From Acidobacteriota bacterium (GTDB lineage: Bacteria; Acidobacteriota; Thermoanaerobaculia; UBA5066; Gp7-AA6): DNA of 59,458 nucleotides. How positions within the stretch are numbered: the stretch's first letter is position 1; each line of letters opens with the position of its first letter. This document shows, piece after piece, positions 53,594-59,458 of this stretch. A program made the translations under genes and the position numbers. The notes under the pieces are model-generated. The model saw only the letters and a program-made list of their open reading frames with translations, did not search any database and was not told the DNA's origin. The stretch is from contig JBDUBP010000200.1 of assembly GCA_040004075.1 (NCBI GenBank), positions 1-59,458 of the forward strand, in the 5' to 3' direction.

Positions 53594-56550
53594 GCCGGTG
53601 TGGCGGCCGTGTCGCGCGCCAGCCCGGAGAGGACTCCCCGGCACCGGTCGCAGAGCCCCGTGGCATCGGCTTCCGATGTGAGCTTCCAGCAGCGATCGCA
53701 GCGGCGTCCTGCTGCCTTCGAAAACCGCAGCGCGAGTCCCGGGTAAGCCGCCGAGGGTCGCCAGCCCGGCTCTCCGGCGCCGGCCGAAGCGCCTTCGATC
53801 ACCGAGGACACGATGAAGAGGTCGGCCAGCGCGGCGCCCGCGAAGCCGGTCGCGGCGCGGTCCGCGTCGAGCGCCATGTCTTTCGTGATGGCGATCGCGC
53901 CCTCGAGCGACGAGCCGATCGTCTTTTCCCTGCGAGCCTCTTCGAGCACGGTCGAGACCTCCTCGCGCAACGCCATCAGTCGCCCCCACGCAGCCTCGGC
54001 GGCGGGGTCTCCAGCCGCATCGTCCAGGCTCTCGAAACGCGCGAGGTGCACGGATTCTTCCTTCGCGCCCGGAAGGGCCTGCCAGACCTCTTCGGCGGTG
54101 AACGGAAGGACCGGCGCCGAGAGGGTGGCGAGAGCCCGGGCCATGCGATGCAGGGCCGTCTGCGCGGAGCGCCGTTCGAGGGAGCCCGGGGCGGACGCAT
54201 AGAGCCGGTCCTTGATGACGTCGAGGTAGAACGCCGAGAGGTCCGACGAGCAGAAATTCAACAGGGCGTGGTAGATGAGGTGGAACTCGTAGGTCTCGTA
54301 GGCGGCGGTCAGGCGGCGGGCGAGCCGCGCTGCGCGGGACAGGATCTCGGAATCGAGAGGCAGCAGGCGCGCGGCGGGGACCGCGTCGGCCGCCGGGTCG
54401 AAGTCGTAGAGGTTCGAGATCAGGAAACGCTCTGTGTTCCGGATCTTCCGGTAAGCCTCGGCGCACCGCGAGAGGATCTCCTCCGAGATCGGCTGGTCTT
54501 CCCGGTAGTCGACCGACACCACCCAGAGCCGCAGGATGTCGGCGCCGTACTTCCGGATGATCTCCGCCGGCGCAACGATGTTCCCGAGCGATTTGGACAT
54601 CTTGCGCGCGTCGACATCCAGGGTGAACCCGTGGGTAATGACCCCGCGGTAGGGTGCCTCGCCGAACAGCGCGACGGAAGTGAGCAGCGAGGACTGGAAC
54701 CAGCCCCGGTGCTGGTCGTGACCCTCGAGGTAGAGGTCGGCGGGCGGTCCCGGCCGGGACGTGACCAGCTCGGGCCACTCCCCGGACCGGAGGACAGCGA
54801 GGTGCGAGACCCCGGAGTCGAACCACACGTCGAGGATGTCGGATTCCTTTTCGAACTCGGTGTAGCCGCGCCGGTCCGCCCCTTCCGGCAGGAAATCCGT
54901 GCCGGGACGGGCGTACCAGGCATCGCCGCCCTCTTCCAGGAAGACCTCGACGACGCGATCGAAGAAGCGGCGCTGCTCGTCGGGAGATTCCTTCCACGGG
55001 TAAACCTCGCGCCGCTCGCCGTCTCTCATGGCGTACAGCAGGGTGATGGGCGATCCCCAGCGCCGCTGGCGCGAGATCACCCATTCGTGCCGGTTCTCGA
55101 CCATTCCGGCGATGCGGGCCTCGCCCCACGCCGGAAACCAGCGCACCTTCGCGACGGCCTGGAGCGCCGCGGCCCGGACATCGACGTCGCCCGTGTCGAG
55201 CCGGACGAACCATTGGACGGTGGCGCGGAAGATCACGGGCTTCTTGCAGCGCCAGCAGTGCGGATAGTCGTGGCGGAAGCCCGTGTCCGCATGCAAAAGA
55301 GCCCCCGCCGCGGAGAGGTCCTGCACGATCTCCGCGTTGGCCTCGAGGACCTTTTTTCCCCGGTACTTCTCGACGGTCGTGTAGCGCCCCGCCTCGTCCA
55401 CCGGCGAAAGGATCGGCAGGCCCTCGCGTTTGCCCGTCAGAAAGTCGTCCTCGCCGTGTCCGGGCGCGGTGTGGACGAGCCCCGTCCCCGTGTCGGTCGT
55501 GACGTAGTCGGCGAGGACGATGCGAAACGCGCCCGCTTCCTCCCCGGCCGCCATCTCCCCGCGCATCTCCCGCGCCAGCGGATGCCTGTATCGCAGCCCC
55601 GCGAGGCTCGATCCGGGCACCCGGGCGCGCTCGGAGACCTCCGCCCATCCCGCGGACTTCGCGACGGCCGCGACGAGCGGCTCCGCCATGACGAACAGCC
55701 GCCCCGAGGCCTCGACGAGCGCGTACGCGACGTCAGGGTGCGCCGCAATCGCGACGTTGGACGGAATCGTCCACGGAGTCGTCGTCCAGATCACGGCCGA
55801 AATTTCGCCGTGTCCGGAAAGAGCGGACTCCGGGAGCGCGAAGGCCTTCGCGACGGCGGCCGGATCCGTGAACGGGAACGCGACGAAGATCGCCGTGTCC
55901 TCCCGGGACTCGTACTCGAGCTCCGCCTCGGCCAGGGCGGTCTGGTCCGTGAAACACCACCGCACGGACTTCAAGGCCTGCGTCACGAGGTTTTTCCGGT
56001 AGAAGTCGCCGAATGCGCGAGCAATCTCGGCTTCGTAGGACATAGCCATGGTCGCGTACGGGCGGTCCCACGCGCCGCCGACTAAGAGGCGCTGGAACTG
56101 TTCGCGCTGCACGTCGATGAACTTCGCCGCGTACTCGCGGCAGGCCTTCCGAATCGCCAGCGCGTCCATCTCACGCTTCTTCGAGCCGAGCTTCTTGTCG
56201 ACCTGCTTCTCGATCGGGAGTCCGTGGCAATCCCAGCCGGGCACGTAGGGCGCGTCGTAGCCAAGCATCGTCCGGCTGCGGACGATGAAGTCCTTCAGGA
56301 TCTTGTTCAGGGCGTGGCCGATGTGGATGTCTCCGTTGGCATACGGAGGCCCATCGTGCAGGATGAACTTCTCCCGGCCGCGCGACGCCTCGCGAATCCG
56401 GCCCTCGAGGTCCATCGCGGTCCAGGCCGCGAGGCGCTCGGGCTCCCGCCGCACGAGGTCCGCCTTCATGGGGAAGTCAGTGCGAGGCAGGTTGAGCGTC
56501 GCCTTGTAATCGGCCTTGGAATCGGCCTTATCGTCGGGACCGTCGGTCAT
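53590..56550 (-). CDS. ileS: isoleucine--tRNA ligase
   Basis: 986 aa. HIGH motif ([13 protein letters not shown]), KMSKS motif, and a C-terminal zinc-binding segment (RCDRCWK...CDRC). Confidence 0.95.
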   Translation of the reverse strand: MTDGPDDKADSKADYKATLNLPRTDFPMKADLVRREPERLAAWTAMDLEGRIREASRGREKFILHDGPPYANGDIHIGHALNKILKDFIVRSRTMLGYDAPYVPGWDCHGLPIEKQVDKKLGSKKREMDALAIRKACREYAAKFIDVQREQFQRLLVGGAWDRPYATMAMSYEAEIARAFGDFYRKNLVTQALKSVRWCFTDQTALAEAELEYESREDTAIFVAFPFTDPAAVAKAFALPESALSGHGEISAVIWTTTPWTIPSNVAIAAHPDVAYALVEASGRLFVMAEPLVAAVAKSAGWAEVSERARVPGSSLAGLRYRHPLAREMRGEMAAGEEAGAFRIVLADYVTTDTGTGLVHTAPGHGEDDFLTGKREGLPILSPVDEAGRYTTVEKYRGKKVLEANAEIVQDLSAAGALLHADTGFRHDYPHCWRCKKPVIFRATVQWFVRLDTGDVDVRAAALQAVAKVRWFPAWGEARIAGMVENRHEWVISRQRRWGSPITLLYAMRDGERREVYPWKESPDEQRRFFDRVVEVFLEEGGDAWYARPGTDFLPEGADRRGYTEFEKESDILDVWFDSGVSHLAVLRSGEWPELVTSRPGPPADLYLEGHDQHRGWFQSSLLTSVALFGEAPYRGVITHGFTLDVDARKMSKSLGNIVAPAEIIRKYGADILRLWVVSVDYREDQPISEEILSRCAEAYRKIRNTERFLISNLYDFDPAADAVPAARLLPLDSEILSRAARLARRLTAAYETYEFHLIYHALLNFCSSDLSAFYLDVIKDRLYASAPGSLERRSAQTALHRMARALATLSAPVLPFTAEEVWQALPGAKEESVHLARFESLDDAAGDPAAEAAWGRLMALREEVSTVLEEARREKTIGSSLEGAIAITKDMALDADRAATGFAGAALADLFIVSSVIEGASAGAGEPGWRPSAAYPGLALRFSKAAGRRCDRCWKLTSEADATGLCDRCRGVLSGLARDTAATPA

Positions 56551-56678
56551 GTGTTCGTTCTCTCGAAGCGCGGAAGCTTAACCCGGATCATTCGCCGCAG
56601 CCGGGCGCGAACTGGCGGCCGGTCAGCGGGCGCAAGAAAAGACGCGGCGTCCTTTCCGCGCAAGCGCGCGGGGCGCCG

Positions 56679-57071
56679 CTAGGGAGCCGGGTCGCGCGTC
56701 GTCAGGGCGACGATGGCGGCGGCGAGATCGCCGGTGTGAGTGATCGTGACTTCCATCTCGTAGACCCCGAGTGCGTCGGCGCGCGCGAGCGCGCGGCCCG
56801 ACAGCTCGAGGCGCGGTTTGCCGCGCGCGTCCCGCCGGACGGCGATCTCCCGGAAGGCGAGGCCGCGCCATCCGGTTCCGAGCGCCTTCATCGCCGCTTC
56901 TTTCGCGGCGAACCGGCCCGCGACGTGCTCGGCGAAGGCATGCGGCTGGCGGCGGCCCCTGTGGATCTCGCCCTCGGCGAAGACCCGGGACAGGAACCGT
57001 TCGCCGAAGCGCTCGAGCACGGCCGCCACGCGGGACACCGGGGTCAGGTCGAGCCCCAGAAGGAGGCTCAC
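56679..57071 (-). CDS. acpS: holo-[acyl-carrier-protein] synthase
   Basis: Sequence LLLGLDLTPVSRV...RFAAKEAAMKALG...HTGDLAAAIV. The GTG start overlaps the upstream stop (GTGA). Confidence 0.8.
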   Translation of the reverse strand: MSLLLGLDLTPVSRVAAVLERFGERFLSRVFAEGEIHRGRRQPHAFAEHVAGRFAAKEAAMKALGTGWRGLAFREIAVRRDARGKPRLELSGRALARADALGVYEMEVTITHTGDLAAAIVALTTRDPAP

Positions 57072-58540
57072 GGGCGCAGCCCGAAGAACCGGACGATCCG
57101 GTCCGCGAGGGCGATGCGGCCGGGGGCCCGATCCGCTTCCTCGCGGGCCGCGTCGAAGGCGCTGGCCGCGCCGCGACGCCTCTCCGCGATCACCGCGTCC
57201 AGAGCGCCGCAGAGGCTCGGGTTCTGCCGCAGGATCGGTTCGATGGTTTTTTTCTCGATCTCGACGAGCACGGTTTCGGAAAGCGCGCGAACCGTCGCCG
57301 TTCTCGGTTCCCCGGTCAGGAGGCTGATCTCGCCGAACGCGCTTCCGGCTTCCAGGACCGCCAGGTGTCGCGTGTCCCCGGCGGCCCCGTGAATGGAGAC
57401 GCCGAGCCGGCCGGACGCGACGATGAACATGGACGAAGTCTGGTCGCCTTCCCGCACGACGATCTCGCCCGGCGCGTAGCGCCGTTCGATAGCGCCTTCG
57501 GCGATCCGCGCGCGCTCGGCGTCTGAAAGGGGCGCGAACAGATCGAGCCCGGCGACGGCGGGCTCGACGAGCGCCCCTCGCGACTCGGCGGGGACCAGGC
57601 CGCCCGCGTACTGGTACTGACGGATGAACGGCATGGGGATGTGGAGGCCGGCGCGGTGGAGCGCGTACCAAACCCGCTCGCGGACGGCGGAGTCCACTTC
57701 GAGATAGTTCGAATAGTCCTCGAGCCAGTACCGCAGCTCGTACACGACGCTGTAGGCCTCGAAGCTCTTCATGTAGGCGCGCCGTTCGGGATGGGACGCC
57801 ACCCCGGCCAGGCCGCGTATCGCGGATTCCAGAGTCTCGCGCGCCATCACCGGCGAGGCGTCGTACTCGAGGCCGACCCGCAGAAACCGGGCGACGGGCC
57901 GCCCTCCGCGCGGGAACACCTCCAGGCGGTCGCGGCCCGCGACGCTGTTGGGCACGAGTAGAAGGTTGCCTTCGACGGTCCGCAGCTTCATCGCGCGCCA
58001 GGAAAGCTCCTCGACCGTCGCGAAGGACTCTCCCGACCGCACGACGTCGCCCACGAAGAGCGTCTTTTCGATGTGGAGCGCGAGCCCGGCGAAGAGGTTT
58101 CCGAGAGTGTCCTGAAGGGCAAGACCAATGACGGCGGTGATGATCGCTGAGCCCGTCAGGATCGGCAGGGCGAAGCCCGGGACGAGCGCCTTGACGACGA
58201 TCGACACCGCGATGCCGAAGAGGACGAGCGAGACGAGCTGGCGGAGAAGGCTCGGCGCGGCCACCTGGCGGCGAAGACGAAACGCCAGATCGAAGACGGC
58301 GTAGTCGAGAAAGCGTGTGACGACGAGCGCGCCCGCGATCCATATCGCGAGCCGGCCCCAGTCGGTCCCCGACGCATTGACCGCCTCGACGCGGAAGGTC
58401 CGCAGGAGAAGCACCCCCAGGACCACCGCCGCGAGAAGGGTCAGCGGCCCGGTCAGCCGGCGGACGATGATCGGAACGCGGGACTGCGGAATCCGGAACG
58501 CGCCCGTCAGGCGGTCCGCCATTCCCCGGCGCTCGGTCAT
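57068..58540 (-). CDS. mechanosensitive (MscS-family) channel fused to a C-terminal cyclic nucleotide-binding domain
   Basis: TM helices plus an MscS beta domain (LGNLFAGLALHIEKTLFVGDVV...VPNS). The cNMP-binding domain reads GEIVVREGDQTSSMFIVASG...GSAFGEISLLTGEPRTATVRA. Confidence 0.8.
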   Translation of the reverse strand: MTERRGMADRLTGAFRIPQSRVPIIVRRLTGPLTLLAAVVLGVLLLRTFRVEAVNASGTDWGRLAIWIAGALVVTRFLDYAVFDLAFRLRRQVAAPSLLRQLVSLVLFGIAVSIVVKALVPGFALPILTGSAIITAVIGLALQDTLGNLFAGLALHIEKTLFVGDVVRSGESFATVEELSWRAMKLRTVEGNLLLVPNSVAGRDRLEVFPRGGRPVARFLRVGLEYDASPVMARETLESAIRGLAGVASHPERRAYMKSFEAYSVVYELRYWLEDYSNYLEVDSAVRERVWYALHRAGLHIPMPFIRQYQYAGGLVPAESRGALVEPAVAGLDLFAPLSDAERARIAEGAIERRYAPGEIVVREGDQTSSMFIVASGRLGVSIHGAAGDTRHLAVLEAGSAFGEISLLTGEPRTATVRALSETVLVEIEKKTIEPILRQNPSLCGALDAVIAERRRGAASAFDAAREEADRAPGRIALADRIVRFFGLRP

Positions 58541-58553
58541 CGGCGGCGATCCG

Positions 58554-59165
58554 TCATCGCTGGGCGATCCGCCGCGCGACGGCTCCCGGATCGGAGGCCT
58601 CCTGGAAGAGGCGGATGCCGGCGACGCCGGAGATCCGGTCGCGGTACGGCTCGAGCATGTTCAGATTTTCCTCGGAGATCCCGCCAATGGCGAAGACCTC
58701 GGAGCCGTGTTCCCGCGCGGGCGGAAGATCGGCGAGCGCCTCGGGCCCCAGAGGCTCGCCGAAGGACGCCTTGGACGGCGTCGAAAACACGGGGCCGATG
58801 ACGACGAGGTCCGCGCCCCCGGAGATCGCTTCCGCCGCCCCGGCGGCCGAGTGCGTCGAGACTCCGACGCGGAAACCGCGCGGCGTGTTGGCCCGCACCC
58901 GCGGCAGCGGAAGGCCGTCGGAGGGCAGATGCACGCCCACCGCGCCGGCGGCGAGCGCGAGATCGAACCGCCGGTTCACGTAGAGGGGAACGTCCGGGCC
59001 GAGCGCCCGGCGCGCCGCGGCCGCCCAGGCCAGCGTCTGCCGGTCGGCCGTTTCCTTCTCGCGCAGCTGCACCGTCAGGAGCGGCGCGCCCTCCAGGCTT
59101 TCGAGCACGCCTTCGAACCTCTCGTCGGAGATTGCCCGCCGTTCTGTGACGTAAAGGGCCTTCAC
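58554..59165 (-). CDS. thiE: thiamine-phosphate synthase
   Basis: Motifs VQLREK, GVHLPSDG, GPVFSTPSK and AIGGI. GTG start with GTGA overlap. Confidence 0.8.
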   Translation of the reverse strand: MKALYVTERRAISDERFEGVLESLEGAPLLTVQLREKETADRQTLAWAAAARRALGPDVPLYVNRRFDLALAAGAVGVHLPSDGLPLPRVRANTPRGFRVGVSTHSAAGAAEAISGGADLVVIGPVFSTPSKASFGEPLGPEALADLPPAREHGSEVFAIGGISEENLNMLEPYRDRISGVAGIRLFQEASDPGAVARRIAQR

Positions 59166-59452
59166 GGCCTCTCCCCGGACGCGGGATCGTGGGCCTCGGA
59201 AACCCGGTCGAAGGGCCGGCCCGCTACGGGAGGCTCCAGAGACCTCGCGAGGCCGCGAATGTCGGCGAGACCCGCGAAGAGATGAACGAGGCCGAGCCCC
59301 GACACGAAACCCCGGAAGAAACCGGACGAGGAGATTCCGAAGGTCGGCCTGTGCGCGGGGAACCACGGATGCAGAAGAAGGTACACGCCGACGGCCGTGC
59401 AGTAGAAGACGAACAACGCGCTCGCGAGGAGCGATGCGAGGCGGCCGGTCAT
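59162..59452 (-). CDS. small hypothetical membrane protein
   Basis: 96-aa ORF with two hydrophobic helices (LASLLASALFVFYCTAVGVYLLL; FFRGFVSGLGLVHLFAGLA). Translationally coupled to thiE. Confidence 0.4.
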   Translation of the reverse strand: MTGRLASLLASALFVFYCTAVGVYLLLHPWFPAHRPTFGISSSGFFRGFVSGLGLVHLFAGLADIRGLARSLEPPVAGRPFDRVSEAHDPASGERP

Positions 59453-59458
59453 CGAGTA

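Noticed and set aside
56551-56678. Possible T-box, riboswitch or attenuator leader upstream of ileS. I also considered a TPP riboswitch near thiE and a cobalamin riboswitch near 11141.
   Set aside because: Only a short hairpin (CCGCGC-gctt-GCGCGG) is present after the acpS stop. No specifier or T-box elements, or conserved riboswitch cores, were recognisable by eye.

Overview
This is a 59.5-kb, very GC-rich bacterial chromosomal segment. I did not compute GC; by eye it is in the upper 60s percent. An ADOP-type duplicated orphan permease, a BNR/sortilin-like protein and many tightly overlapping genes suggest an Acidobacteriota-like genome. I support about 50 protein genes, one tRNA-Gly(CCC) and no rRNA or CRISPR.

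Gene content, left to right:
- rmuC, then an arginine deiminase pathway operon (arcA, arcC, ornithine carbamoyltransferase) and a TonB-C-domain protein.
- An FHA-GAF-class III cyclase convergent with a zinc-ribbon Ser/Thr kinase; rdgB; a MOSC protein; an orphan B12-binding mutase subunit.
- A leucine-catabolism cluster: methylcrotonyl-CoA carboxyltransferase, enoyl-CoA hydratase, biotin carboxylase with a separate BCCP ORF, and HMG-CoA lyase.
- A CheY-like regulator with a long disordered tail.
- A long housekeeping operon: valS, birA, coaX, a hypothetical, an RNA methyltransferase, comEC, miaA, hfq, a hypothetical, pgsA and a glutaredoxin-like gene.
- A large secreted metzincin-PKD protein.
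- tRNA-Gly followed by a 1-kb YciI-bearing islet flanked by a 34-bp copy of the tRNA 3' end, then a decayed O-antigen-ligase gene.
- 5'-nucleotidase, thioesterase, ADOP permease, DinB, LysR, bactofilin, aldehyde dehydrogenase, alanine dehydrogenase, a BNR protein.
- A reverse-strand block: thiE, MscS-cNMP channel, acpS, ileS, lspA, lgt, rluD.

I found no recognisable defence or novel multi-gene system. The signals most worth follow-up are at sequence level:
1. A few families of exact 7-nt tandem repeats fill almost every intergenic gap. Their orientation relative to stop and start codons is ordered, and one appears as an in-frame insertion inside rluD.
2. Three CTGA stop/start junctions suggest CTG initiation or reinitiation.
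3. Ten operon-first genes carry a TAnnnT box 6-12 nt upstream of the start codon, and most lack a Shine-Dalgarno sequence, which suggests leaderless or near-leaderless mRNAs.
4. The tRNA-Gly-flanked islet.
5. A methylcrotonyl-CoA carboxylase alpha subunit split by a 1-nt frame change.

All functional calls come from reading motifs in the supplied translations. No database search was run.
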